Positions 1 through 12,530 of a DNA stretch of 64,000 nucleotides are shown here, piece by piece (the stretch's first letter is position 1; each line of letters starts with the position of its first letter). The DNA is from Eledone cirrhosa. Its lineage: Eukaryota. The position numbers were made by a program, and so were the translations under genes. The stretch spans positions 251,224,001 through 251,288,000 of the forward strand of contig OZ024741.1 in NCBI GenBank assembly GCA_964016885.1, given 5' to 3'. The notes under the pieces were generated by a model. It had not been told where the DNA came from. It saw only the letters and a list, made by a program, of their open reading frames with translations, and made no database searches.

Positions 1-106
1 AGTGGTTAGGGTATTTGGCTCAGGATTGTAAGGTTGGGAGTTTGATTCCTGGCATCATATTGTGTCCTTGAGCAAGCCACTTTATTTCATACTATTTCAC
101 ATTGCA
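1..106 (+). mobile_element. tRNA-derived SINE head with CORE-like domain (clipped by window start)
   Basis: A-box-like AGTGGTTAG and B-box-like GAGTTTGATTCC, then TGTGTCCTTGAGCAAG-CACTTTATTTCA. Same family as the minus-strand copy at 60018-60150. Confidence 0.7.
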
Positions 107-319
107 CGGAATAAGGTATTTTGGAACGCGGGCCGCCAGCAGACCTGATCGTGGAAAAACTGCATGCCTGGACAATATGTAAAGAAAATAAACCAAATAC
201 TCTGATGACTGGATAATCTTTAAGATTTTTCTCGATGAAGGAGGAAAAATGCAGGTTTTCACCTAATGAGGGCCCTAGGGGATCAAGAAAATGAATTATT
301 TTTATCTGCATAATATGGC

Positions 320-645
320 TCTATGGCCAGACACCACTACCACCACCCCCCTCATCACCACTGCCACCATCACTCCATACCCATCACTTCTATGGCCACA
401 CCACCACCCTCACCACCATCACCATCATCACTCCATAGCCATCACTTCTATGGCCACACCACCACCCTCACCACCATCACCATCATCACTCCATAGCCAT
501 CACTTCTATGGCCACACCACCACCCTCACCACCATCACCATCATCACTCCATAGCCATCACTTCTATGGCCACACCACCACCCTCACCACCATCACCATC
601 ATCACTCCATAGCCATCACCTCTATGGCCACACCACCACCATTAC
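320..645. repeat. 58-bp tandem repeat, 5-6 copies
   Basis: CCATAGCCATCAC recurs at 433, 491, 549 and 607 (period 58). Confidence 0.85.
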
Positions 646-877
646 CCTCATCACCACCATCACCATCACCAGCCACCAACATCAACATCATCCTCATCAA
701 CACCATCACCATCCATCATAACTATCATCACCATCATCATCACCATCACCATCACCATCACCATCACCATCCATCATAACTATCATCACCATCATCATCA
801 CCATCACCATCACCATCACCATCCATCATAACTATCACCCTCACCATCATCATCATCACCATCATCACTTTCATCAC

Positions 878-933
<56 letters not shown>

Positions 934-2155
934 ACACCACCACCATCCATTCACACCACCACCATCACCATCCATCATAACTATCATCACCATCATCACC
1001 ATCATCACCACCACCACCACCACCATCACCAACATCACCAACATCACCAACATCACCACCACCACCATCATCACCACCACCACCATCACCAACATCACCA
1101 ACACCACCATCACCACCATCATCACCACCATCACCAACATCACCAACACCACCATCACCACCAACATCACCATCATCACCAACATCACCAACATCACCAC
1201 CACCACCATCATCACCAACATCACCACCACCACCATCATCACCAACATCACCACCACCATCATCATCACCAACATCACCACCACCACCATCATCACCAAC
1301 ATCACCAACACCACCATCACCACCAACATCAACACCAACATCACCACCACCACCACCATCACCAACATCACCAACATCACCAGCACCACCATCATCACCA
1401 CCACCACCATCATCACCATCACCACCAACATCACCAGCACCACCATCATCACCACCACCACCATCATCACCATCACCACCAACATCACCACCACCACCAT
1501 CATCACCACTACCACCATCATCACCACCATCACCAACATCACCAACATCACCACCACCACCATCATCACCATCACCACCATCATCACCACCACCACCACC
1601 ATCATCACCAACATCACCACCATCCCCAACATCACCAACACCACCATCACCACCATCACCACCAACATCACCACCACCACCATCATCATCACCACCACCA
1701 CCACCAACATCATCACCAACATCACCACCACCACCACCACCACCATCATCACCAACGTCACCACCACCACCACCATCATCACCACCATCACCAACATCAC
1801 CACCATCACCAACATCACCACCATCACCAACATCACCAACACCAACATCACCACCAACATCATCACCACCACCACCACCACCACCACCACCACCACCACC
1901 ACCACCACCAACATCACCAACACCATCACCACCACCAACATCATCACCAACATCACCACCACCACCACCACCACCACCATCATCATCAACGTCACCACCA
2001 CCACCACCATCATCACCATCATCACCAACATCACCACCGTCACCAACATCACCAACACCACCACCACCACCAACATCATCACCAACATCACCACCACCAC
2101 CACCACTACCACCACCACCACCACCACCAACATCATCACCACCACCAACAACAAC
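646..2155. repeat. Compound (CAC/CAT/CAA)n trinucleotide repeat; left arm of a large inverted duplication
   Basis: Direct reading; mirrored by the (GGT/GAT)n tract at 3435-4320. Confidence 0.9.
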
Positions 2156-3441
2156 ACTATCCCTGGCATCAATACATTGACTTTTTCAAGTGATATTTTC
2201 TCTTTGTTTAACTTCTACCCTGATTTTATATAGGTCTGTGTCTTGGTTACCATGTGAGTGTGTGAGGGGATGTGTGAGTGTGTGAGGGGATGTGTGAGTG
2301 AGTGATGAGACGTGTGAGTGTGTGAGGGGATATGTGAGTGAGTGAGGGGATGTGTGAGAGTGTGAGGGGATATGTGAGTGTGTGAGGGGATGTGTGAGTG
2401 TGTGAGGGGATATGTGAGTGAGTGAGGGGACGTGTGAGAGTGTGAGGGGATATGTGAGAGTGAGTGTGTGTGTGAGTATGTGAGGGGACGTGTGAGTGAG
2501 TGAGGGGACGTGTGAGTGTGTGAGGGGATATGTGAGTGAGTGAGGGGACGTGTGAGAGTGTATGTGTGTGTGTGAGCGTATGTGTATATGTGCATACACA
2601 TACACTCACATATCCCCTCACACACTCACATATCCCCTCACACACTCACATATCCCTTCACACACTCACATATCCCCTCACTCACTCACATATCCCCTCA
2701 CACACTCACATATCCCCTCACACACTCACATATCCCCTCACTCACACACATATCCCCTCACTCACTCAGATATTCCCTCACTCACTCACATATCCCCTCA
2801 CACACTCACATATCTCCTCACACACGCACATATCCCCTCACACACTCACACACACACACACACTCACATATCCCCTCACACACACACACACACTCACATA
2901 TCCCCTCACACACTCACACATCCCCTCACACACTCACATATCCCCTCACACACACACACATCCCCTCACACACTCACATATCCCCTCACTCAATCACATA
3001 TCCCCTCACTCACTCACATATCCCCTCACACACTCACATATCCCCTCACTCACTCACATATCCCCTCACACACTCACATATCCCCTCACACACACTCACA
3101 TATCCCCTCACACACTCACACATCCCCTCACACACTCACACACACACTCACTCTCACATACCCCCTCACACTCTCACACGTCCCCTCACTCACTCACATA
3201 TCCCCTCACACACTCACACATCCCCTCACACACTCACATATCCCCTCACACTCTCACACATCCCCTCACTCACTCACATATCCCCTCACACACTCACACG
3301 TCCCATCACTCACTCACACATCCCCTCACACACTCACATGGTAACCAAGACACAGACCTATATAAAATCAGGGTAGAAGTTAAACAAAGAGAAAATATCA
3401 CTTGAAAAAGTCAATGTATTGATGTCAGGGATAGTGTTGTT
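2150..3441. repeat. Core of an inverted duplication: unique ~100-bp segment in both orientations around a 20-bp minisatellite that switches strand near 2590
   Basis: 2156-2254 is the reverse complement of 3337-3435 with one visible mismatch (GGCATC vs GATGTC). The inner repeat GAGGGGATATGTGAGTGTGT flips to ACACACTCACATATCCCCTC. Confidence 0.95.
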
Positions 3442-4360
3442 GTTGGTGATGGTGATGATGTTGGTGGTGGTGGTGGTGGTGGTGGTGGTGGTGATGTTGG
3501 TGATGATGTTGGTGGTGGTGGTGGTGTTGGTGATGTTGGTGATGGTGGTGATGTTGATGATGTTGGTGGTGGTGGTGATGTTGGTGATGTTGGTGATGAT
3601 GGTGGTGGTGGTGATGTTGGTGATGTTGGTGATGATGGTGGTGGTGGTGATGTTGGTGATGATGGTGATATTGGTGTTGATGTTGGTGGTGATGGTGGTG
3701 TTGATGATGTTGGTGATGATGGTGATGTTGGTGGTGGTGGTGATGTTGGTGGTGATGGTGGTGGTGGTGGTGGTGGTTATGATGGTTATGATGGTGATGA
3801 TGGTGATGATAGTGATGATGATGGTGATGGTGATGGTGATGGTGTTGATGGATGGTGGTGGTGATGGTGGTGATGATGATGATGTTGGTGATGATGATGA
3901 TGATGATGATGGTGATGATGGTGATGATGGTTATGATGGTTATGATGATTATGATGGTGATGATGGTTATGATGGTGATGATGGTTATGATGGTGATGAT
4001 AGTTATCATGGATGGTGATGGTGGTGATGGTGTGAATGGATGGTGATGGTGATGGTGATGGTGGTGATGATGATGATGGTGATGATGGTGATGATGGTGA
4101 TGGTGATGATGGTGATGATGGTGATGATGATGATGATGATAGTTATCATGGATGGTGATGGTGGTGATGGTGTGAATGGTGTGAATGGATGGTGATGGTG
4201 ATGGTGGTGATGATGATGATGGTGATGATGGTGATGGTGATGATGGTGATGATGGTGATGATGATGATGATAGTTATCATGGATGGTGATGGTGGTGATG
4301 GTGGTGATGATGATGATGACAATGATCATGATGTTGATGGTGGAGGTGGAGGTGGTGGTA
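3435..4360. repeat. Compound (GGT/GAT/GTT)n repeat; right arm of the inverted duplication
   Basis: Direct reading; the motif GATGGTGGTGGTGTGAATGGATGG/GATAGTTAT mirrors 700-990. Confidence 0.9.
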
Positions 4361-4424
4361 GTAGTGTTTGTCGTTGGGGTTATAATGATGTTGATAGTGG
4401 TGGCAGTTGTGTTGGTGGTGTTTG

Positions 4425-5665
4425 TGGCAGTGGTAGTTGTAGTAGTGGTAGTTGTGGTAGTGGGAGTTGTGGTGCTGGTAGTGGTAGTAGTGGTAGTTGT
4501 GGTAGTGGTAGTGGTAGTAGTGGTAGTTGTGGTAGTGGGAGTTGTGGTGCTGGTAGTGGTAGTAGTGGTAGTTGTGGTAGTGGTAGTGGTAGTAGTGGTA
4601 GTTGTGGTAGTGGGAGTTGTGGTGCTGGTAGTGGTAGTTGTAGTAGTGGTAGTTGTGGTAGTGGTAGTGGTAGTAGTGGTAGTTGTGGTAGTGGTAGTGG
4701 TAGTAGTGGTAGTTGTGGTAGTGGGAGTTGTGGTGCTGGTAGTGGTAGTTGTAGTAGTGGTAGTTGTGGTAGTGGGAGTTGTGGTGCTGGTAGTGGTAGT
4801 AGTGGTAGTTGTGGTAGTGGTAGTGGTAGTAGTGGTAGTTGTGGTAGTGGGAGTTGTGGTGCTGGTAGTGGTAGTAGTGGTAGTTGTGGTAGTGGTAGTG
4901 GTAGTAGTGGTAGTTGTGGTAGTGGGAGTTGTGGTGCTGGTAGTGGTAGTGGTAGTGGTAGTAGTGGTAGTTGTGGTTGTGGTAGTTGTGGTGCTGGTAG
5001 TGGTAGTAGTGGTAGTGGTAGTAGTGGTAGTTGTGGTAGTGGGAGTTGTGGTGCTGGTAGTGGTAGTAGTGGTAGTTGTGGTAGTGGTAGTTGTGGTGCT
5101 GGTAGTGGTAGTAGTGGTAGTTGTGGTTGTGGTAGTTGTGGTGATGGTAGTGGTAGTAGTGGTAGTGGTAGTAGTGGTAGTTGTGGTAGTGGGAGTTGTG
5201 GTTGTGGTAGTTGTGGTGCTGGTAGTGGTAGTAGTGGTAGTTGTAGTAGTGGTAGTTGTGGTGCTGGTAGTGGTAGTAGTGGTAGTTGTGGTTGTGGTAG
5301 TTGTGGTGCTGGTAGTGGTAGTAGTGGTAGTGGTAGTAGTGGTAGTTGTGGTAGTGGGAGTTGTGGTGCTGGTAGTGGTAGTAGTGGTAGTTGTGGTTGT
5401 GGTAGTTGTGGTGCTGGTAGTGGTAGTAGTGGTAGTGGTAGTAGTGGTAGTTGTGGTAGTGGGAGTTGTGGTGCTGGTAGTGGTAGTAGTGGTAGTTGTG
5501 GTTGTGGTAGTTGTGGTGATGGTAGTGGTAGTAGTGGTAGTAGTGGTAGTTGTGGTAGTGGGAGTTGTGGTTGTGGTAGTTGTGGTGCTGGTAGTGGTAG
5601 TAGTGGTAGTTGTAGTGGTGGTAGTTGTGGTGCTGGTAGTGGTAGTAGTGGTAGTTGTGGTGGTT
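4425..5665. repeat. Compound GGT/AGT/TGT minisatellite with higher-order units (about 45 bp, variable)
   Basis: Recurring GGTAGTGGGAGTTGTGGTGCTGGTAGTGGTAGTAGTGGTAGTTGT. Confidence 0.9.
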
Positions 5666-5840
5666 GTACTAGATGTGGTAGTGGTGTTTGTGGCCGTGAT
5701 AGTTGGGTGGTGATCAGGGTTATGATGATGATGGTGGTGGTGGTGGTGGTGGTAGGGAGACTAACAGATGTGAATGCTGGAGTGATGATGATGATAGTGA
5801 TGATGATAATAGTGAAGTGGATGATAAGGATGATAATCAT

Positions 5841-5898
5841 TAGTACCAGTAATACACTGGATAACTGCTGGCCTTGTGCCTAAAGTAGAAACAATTAT
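5841..5898 (+). mobile_element. SINE 3' fragment (short-variant tail)
   Basis: AGTACCAGTAATACACTGGATAACTGCTGGCCTTGTGCCTAAAGTAGAAACAATT matches the tail at 23431-23487. Confidence 0.8.
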
Positions 5899-5947
5899 GG
5901 TTATGAAGGTGATGAGGATTGTGGTGGTTGTGGCAGTGGGAGTTATT

Positions 5948-5983
<36 letters not shown>

Positions 5984-6387
5984 GTGATTGCAAATCATGT
6001 TCACCTCCAACACCCCCACTACTGCCATCATCCCCCACCCTCAGCACCTCCACACCCCTGACACCTCCACCACCACTACCAACACCATCACCTTCTTCCC
6101 CAGCACCTCCCTGCCCTGCCACCACCTCTTTAAAATGACAGCTCCTAACATTTTAAAAATCAATAAACTATGATGACATTGTTCTCCTCCCCTCCCTATC
6201 ACCTCTACCAAACACACACACACACACGCGTACACACACACACACACATACACACACACATAAACAAGCCAACATGCAATGTTTGTTTCTGTTTGTGTGT
6301 GTGTGGGTGCTTGTGCATGCATTTATCTCTATCTGGTGTCTGTGGGTGCCAGTATATATATATATATATATACATACATCATCATAT

Positions 6388-8177
6388 ATCATCATCATCA
6401 TCATCATCATCATCATCGTTTAACGTCCATTTTACATGCTAGCATGGGTCTGGACGGGAATTGTCCCACTTGAGGCAAGATTGGTTGTCTTGCTCAGGAC
6501 TGTCTGGCAGGTTTTCTACGGCTGGATGCCCTTCCTAACACCAACCACGTTTACAGTGTGAACTAGGAGGTTTTTACCATGTTACCTACACGGCCACATT
6601 ACCGCGTGCACTGTGTGTTTTATTGTCGTGACACCTACACGTCTGGCGGGTTTTCTACGGTTGGGTGCCCTTCCCAACACCAACCACGTTTACAGTGTGT
6701 ACTGGGAGGTTTTTACCGTGTTACCTACACGGCCACATTACAGCGTGGACTGTGCGTTTTTTTGTCATGACACCTACACGACCTCATTTGTTTCGGACTG
6801 GATGTTGTGGTACCAACATAACTTCACATTTAAGTGGGTGGTGTGGATGGGGTGGGGGTAGTGGGACGGGGGTGTATTTTGTTAGAGGTGCCTACTGACT
6901 GTGGGTTTCGCTTTGTACTTAGGCAAGGCGGGTCTTCTGTATAACTGTGTAGTCCCAAAGATCTCGGTCCAGTGACATTGTCTTGGAGAGGTGTCAGTGT
7001 GTGAGGTCGGAATTTATCAAGTCGTCCCAGGTTTTTCTGGGTCTGCCTACTCCGTGGCTGCCGTCTATTTTTATCGCCCTGCACTTTTTTATACAGCTGT
7101 CGTCTTTCATGCACATCACGTGACCGTACCAACGTAGTCTTCTCTCGAGTAAACAACATCTGATCCCTCTTATTCCTAATTTCTCCCTTAGTTTGTTTAT
7201 GCTTTGCCGTTCACGTATATTACTATTACACATCTAGTGGCGCATGCAAGCTTCGTTTCTCTCCAGTCTGCGTATATCCTCTGCACACAATGCCCAGGTC
7301 TCACTGCCATGTAACATTGCTGTTCGTATGCAGGCATCATACAGCCTGCCTTTCATTTTTAGAGAGAACACTTTAGCGGCCAATAGTGGTATAAGCTCTC
7401 TGAACTTTTTCCATCCCGTTCTGACTCTAGCTACTGTACTTTCAGAGCACCCTCCCCCACTGCTGATTTTCTCACCCAGGTAACGGAAGATGTCCACTAT
7501 TTCCATAGAACCATCTGTGCAATGGAATGAGCTAGTATTCAGTGGGCACTTGCTGCTACTTATTGCACCAGAGCACCGGCCACATAAAATCTATATTCTT
7601 AGTTAGCTTACCTGTGATCCCACTACATCTTTTATGCACCCATATTTTGCATTTGGGACATAAAATGGAGTTTCTGCCTACTCCTTTCCTACACACTGAG
7701 CTTGGCTATTTCGCAGATGGGACCGGTGCCCTATTTTCCTTCCTACAAACTAGAACTTTAGTCTTAGACAAGTTAACTTTAAGGCCTTTTGATTCTAAGC
7801 CATGCTTCCATGTTTGGAATTTCTTCTCTAGTTCCGCCATTGATTCAGCTATAAGCGTTAGATCATCTGCACATAGGAGTTCCCATGGGCAGCCGGTCTT
7901 GAACTCCTCTGTTATAGCCTGAAGGGCAATAATAAATAGTAGGGGGCTAAGGACGGAGCCCTGATGAACACCAACTTTTATGCTAAACTCTTCACTATAT
8001 TCGTTGTTAATTCTAACCTTGCTGACTGTTTCTTTATACATGGCTTGTATAGCTCTCACAAGCCATTCATCAACACCTAGTTTTCTAAGGGCCCACCAGA
8101 TAATCGAGCGGATTACTCTGTCAAAGGCTTTCGCCAAGTCAACAAAGGCTAAGTATAGGGGTTTACTTTTAGCTAGG

Positions 8178-8178
<1 letters not shown>
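6388..8178 (-). mobile_element. 5'-truncated RTE-clade LINE (RT C-terminal half, 3' UTR, (ATG)n tail), pseudogenised
   Basis: ORF fragments AKAFDRV..GVHQGSVLSPLLF..LLCADD, FRYLG..GGG, LRWYGHV, GRPRKTW with stops and frameshifts. About 140-bp duplication in the 3' UTR (6510-6780). (TA)n on both flanks. Confidence 0.95.
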
Positions 8179-8208
<30 letters not shown>

Positions 8209-8289
8209 ACATACATAAAATATAAGTATACACACAGCAGTTTGCAAAGTTCACTAAATTTATTTCAGCAAGTTACATATATATACGTA

Positions 8290-9040
8290 ACTCAAATACA
8301 TCTCTTGATGATGAGATAATTAACTGTATAGAGAAAACCATGAGTGCATTTGGCAAGCTCTGTCTTTGCCTTTAGAATGAGAGGGGCATAATACTGGACA
8401 CCAAGATACACTCTTATATAAATCAGAAAATCAGAATCTTGGACTCCATATGGGTCACAAATTAACTAGCTACACATCTTTCATAAGGTTGTCTTCGCAC
8501 AATCTGACACTCAAAGACACAGTATCAACTGCTGACCTCTTCACTAAGGGCAACATTGGAGGCATTGAGACCTGTCTTATGAAATGACAACTATGCTGGG
8601 CTGGTCATGTCACCTGAATGAGTGACAAAAGAATACCAAAAGTTTTCGTGCACAGCCAGTTTGATGGTGGATATAGAAATATAATATGGCCACAGCTCAG
8701 GTAGGTACAAAGACAAGATGAAGAGTAATCTTTCAGCCATCAATAAACCTTAGGATACATTTGAGCATGTCGCGGTGGCACAGAAGAACTGGAGATCTGT
8801 GTGCCATAATGGGATCAAGAACTTTGAGTCCAGTTGTATCCAGAGGCTGTAACAAGCAAGAGGGAGGAGTAAAGCACTACCAAACATAGCAGTGATATTA
8901 TCTAGTAAGCCTCCCTCTTGCCCGATCTGTAGACTTGCTTGCAAATCCTTGGCTTGTCTAAAATGTCATACCCAACATAAACGTCCAAATTAAATGAACT
9001 GAATAGGTTCATACATTGAAATCGATACAAGAGTTTATCA
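8290..9040 (+). mobile_element. Decayed RTE-BovB-like LINE 3' end with C-terminal C2H2-like zinc finger
   Basis: Manual translation gives SLDDEII..EKTMSAFGKL, MK*QLCWAGHVT*MSDKRIPK, RYKDKMKSNL, CPICRLACKSLACLKCH. Confidence 0.8.
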
Positions 9041-9138
9041 TATATATGTATATATATATATATACTCATTTAAACACAACAGAAGGCCTGACTTGAAACA
9101 TTTGTTAAAGTTTTAATGTTGCAAAAACATTATATTTA

Positions 9139-9623
9139 CTAGCTGAAAAACCACCCTTTGGGTGGTTTTCTGCTAGCATGTGTAGCGTGTATATTGATAT
9201 TATACGCAAGTATATATACATGTAGATATGATACATCAAATAAAATCATAATTGACAATATACACAGAAATTGAATGAAGACTGCGTTACACTATCTTAT
9301 GTAATCAGTAACGTAATCCATGATAGATTTAAAAAAGACGATATTATATATAAACTGCATTAGGAGAAAATTAGTGACGGAAATATATGAATGTTTATTT
9401 AAGTGATCGCTATCCGGAAGTGCTGACATTCAAAAATTTTAAAGAAGTGAATCTTTAAATAAACAATAAAATATATTTAATCAACAGCTACGAAATTTAG
9501 TAGATAAATTATGTAATATTTATTCGTTATTTATTCAAAGTAATCCAACTTATTTTACTAATGGGATAAAAAAAATTATGAACAGTATGCAGTCCCACAC
9601 TCCTTACTTTATTATAGTTTAGA
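9139..9623 (-). mobile_element. Non-autonomous Helitron (485 bp)
   Basis: The minus strand starts A|TCTAAACTATAATAAAG and ends with hairpin ACCACCC-AAA-GGGTGGT followed by TTTTCAG-CTAG|T. This is the canonical 5'-TC, 3' hairpin + CTAG, A|T insertion pattern. Confidence 0.75.
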
Positions 9624-9993
9624 TTTCAATGACCTAGTTACATCATCTGATCATGATGCAAGACTTAGGCGATTTCATCAGATGTGGATTGCAAAATGAG
9701 TTATATGAGGTAACAGGATTATGGCAGATACAAACAGAGACTAGAGGATAGATTTGATTTGGGGATGGCTCACAAATTTGGTGTTATTGTAATAATAAAC
9801 CATCTTGCAACATTAAAACTTTAAAGAATGTTTCCAATCCAGCATTCTCTTGTTTTTAAATGAATATTTAACTCTAGCTATCACATCTATGATGGATGAT
9901 TTGCATAACATTGAGTTCTTTAATTTTTTGCATCATTTTTACTAACAGTTCTACTTATTGGTGAACCACACAACATAAATGGTATATATATAT

Positions 9994-10437
9994 ATCATCA
10001 TCATCATCATTTTTATGTTAGTTTTACCATTCTCTCCTGTGTAGGAGGGGTCATTTTCAGCACAGCAGCTCTCCACTCATCGCAATCCTTCATCATCTCC
10101 TATCTAAACTTCTTCCATCTTATCCTTATTCTAGTTATTATGCTTTCGGAGCACCCTCCTCCATGGCAAATAAGGTCACCTAGATAGTAGAAGCTATCAA
10201 CCACATCTATGGACTATTCCTGATGAGGTTTATATCACTGACACTATTCCTTTTGATTACTCCTGTGCAACTTTTACAAAGTCTTCCCTTCCTATTAGTC
10301 TACTTGTTATTTGACTATATCTCTTATGAACCGAAAATTTAGATTGTCTACATCATGTAGATTTCTGTCTACTCCTTTTCAACATATTGACTAGGGCTGC
10401 TTCCATGAAAGATTCAGGGTCCTATCTTCTTCCCTTG
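9994..10437 (-). mobile_element. Degenerate RTE LINE fragment
   Basis: Minus strand encodes VVDSFYYLGDLICHGGGCSES..RIRIRWKKFR, homologous to 7234-7506; (CAT)n at the left end. Confidence 0.75.
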
Positions 10438-10447
10438 TATATATATA

Positions 10448-10452
10448 TCATT

Positions 10453-10486
<34 letters not shown>

Positions 10487-11178
10487 CCATTATCATCACC
10501 ATTTAATAGCTATTTTTTCTATACTTGCATAGGTTAGACAGGTTGTTCACATTATGAAACAAGTAGTGCTGTACCTTGCTCAAACAGAAGTATATTTTGA
10601 CTGGGTTTTTTTACAGCTGTATGCCTTTTCTAATATCAACCACACTTACCAAGTGGGACTGGGTGATCCAATTGGCTTTGTTGACCTTGCTCATAATGTG
10701 ACTGCATTTTGACGAAGTTTTTATGGCTGCTGGAAACCTTTCCTAACCCCAACTATGTGGAACTGGATGGTACTGTTAGGCAACAGATCTGGCCAGTTGG
10801 CTGCACTGTACCTTACTTATAATAGAACTGTGTTTTTGCTGGGTTTTAATGCCCTTCATAAACCTCAGCCACATTTGCAGTGTGGAACTGGATGGTCCTA
10901 TGAAGAAGGTGTGGCCAGTTAGCAGCGCTTTACTTTGCTCATAGCGGAACCGTATTTTGGGAGCTGGGTGGTCCCATTATAAGGATGGTCTGGTCAGTTG
11001 GCCATGCCATACCTTGCTCAAAGTGGGACCATATTTTGGCTAGGTCTTTATGGTTGCTAGATGCCCTTCCTAACACCAACCATGTTTACAGTGTATGACT
11101 GGGTGGTCCTGTTATGAGGCAAGTCTGGTCAGATGGCTGCATCGTATGTTACCAGGCCCAATTTTGGCAGGGTTTTGA
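10448..11178 (-). repeat. Tandemly repeated degenerate copies of the RTE/SINE 3'-tail module
   Basis: GATGCCCTTCCTAACACCAACC-like motif near 10620, 10735, 10850 and 11060, with a (CAT)n tail at the left end. Confidence 0.65.
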
Positions 11179-11580
11179 TTAATGACCAATGACTAATGGC
11201 TAACAATTATTGATTAATGACTAATGGTTAATGACTAATAATTATAGATTAATTCACTAATGATTAATTCCTAATGATTATTGATTAATGGCTAATGACT
11301 AATAATTGTTTCTACTTTTGGTACAAGGCCAGCAATTACCCAGTGCATTACTGGTACTTTATTTTATCGACCCCGTAAGGATGAAAGGCAAAGTTAACCT
11401 CGGTGGGATTTGAACTCAGAATGGCAATGGCCGTAACTCTATACGTCAAAGCATGGTGTCCAACCCTAATGACTAATAATGAATGATTAATGAGTAATGA
11501 CTAATGGCTAATGATTGATGACTGATAACTAATGACTAATTACTTATGACCAATTACTACTGACTATTGACTAATCAAGA
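11178..11580. repeat. (AATGACT)n-like minisatellite interrupted by a minus-strand SINE (11304-11465)
   Basis: Heptamer variants on both sides. The middle matches the SINE body GGATGAAAGGCAAAGTTAACCTCGGTGGGATTTGAACTCAG. Confidence 0.8.
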
Positions 11581-11721
11581 ATGAATAATCTACTTTCAAA
11601 AATATCAAATACCCAGTTGAATAATGGTCTTACTTGATAAATGTCTTATCTTTCTATTTCTATATGAGTGTGTCTATGTATATTTATATATGTATATATG
11701 TACATATATATGTATATACCC

Positions 11722-11830
11722 ATAACTTCCGAGGGAGTTGTAGGGACACCATATTGACATATGCTTCTAGGGCATCTTTTAACCTGGCAGAGCCCATCTC
11801 CTCTCCATGTCAGGATTTTACATATCTTTA
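11722..11830. repeat. Unclassified dispersed repeat (inverted homologue at 36850-36955)
   Basis: GAGTTGTAGG..GGGCAT..AGCCCATCTC is shared in opposite orientation with 36850-36955. Confidence 0.6.
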
Positions 11831-11980
11831 TACCCACTCAGCATTCCTGCATGCATTGAGTACTCCAATGAATAGTGGGCCCCTTGGACTCAACACCACA
11901 GATTCTCTCTTTCTCTCTCTCTCTCTCTCTGCATATATATAAGAGAGTGTTAAAGTTTGCTTGAAGCATTCTGGAATATT

Positions 11981-12509
11981 AAAAATAGTCATTTTCAAAG
12001 CCTCAACAATGCAGATGGTAAATCTCCAGGTAACAAAATCAGGTGGTATTGAGAGAGAGACATAAAAAATGAAGGTCACGTGTTGTCCTTCTCCAACACA
12101 ACTCTTTCTCCTTGGAAAACCCCTCTGTTGATGGATGTAAAATCCAAAATCTAGGGACAATTAAATCACTTCCAAGGGAACTCTATCACGCATTATTATT
12201 TTTTATACTTTTCCTTAATGAGAGAGAGATGTAAGAGGAAGTGTAGAAAGAGACGTAGAGAGCGTAAAAGAATGTAGGAAAAGTGTAAAAAATAATAACG
12301 CGTGATAGAGTTCCCTTGAAAGTGATTTAATTGGCCCTATATTTTGGATTTCACATCCATCAACAGGGGGGTTTTTCAAGGAGAAAGAGTTGTGTTGGAG
12401 AAGGACAACACCAGGCCTTCATTTTTTATGTCTCCCTCAATACCACCTGATTTTGTTACCCGGAGATTTACCCATCTGTATTGTTGAGGCTTCCAAAACG
12501 ACTATTTTA
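11981..12509. mobile_element. Fold-back / long-TIR MITE-like element
   Basis: Arms about 11981-12215 and 12276-12509 are diverged reverse complements around a ~60-bp purine-rich spacer. Confidence 0.8.
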
Positions 12510-12530
12510 CATATATATATATATATATAT

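Noticed and set aside
291-5840. Poly-His, poly-Val/Met and HT-rich ORFs
   Set aside because: Simple-repeat translations on both strands with no domain structure.
9623-9697. Apparent plus-strand exon FNDLVTSSDHDARLRRFHQMWIAK*
   Set aside because: Its acceptor is the reverse complement of the Helitron 5' end, and there is no other support.
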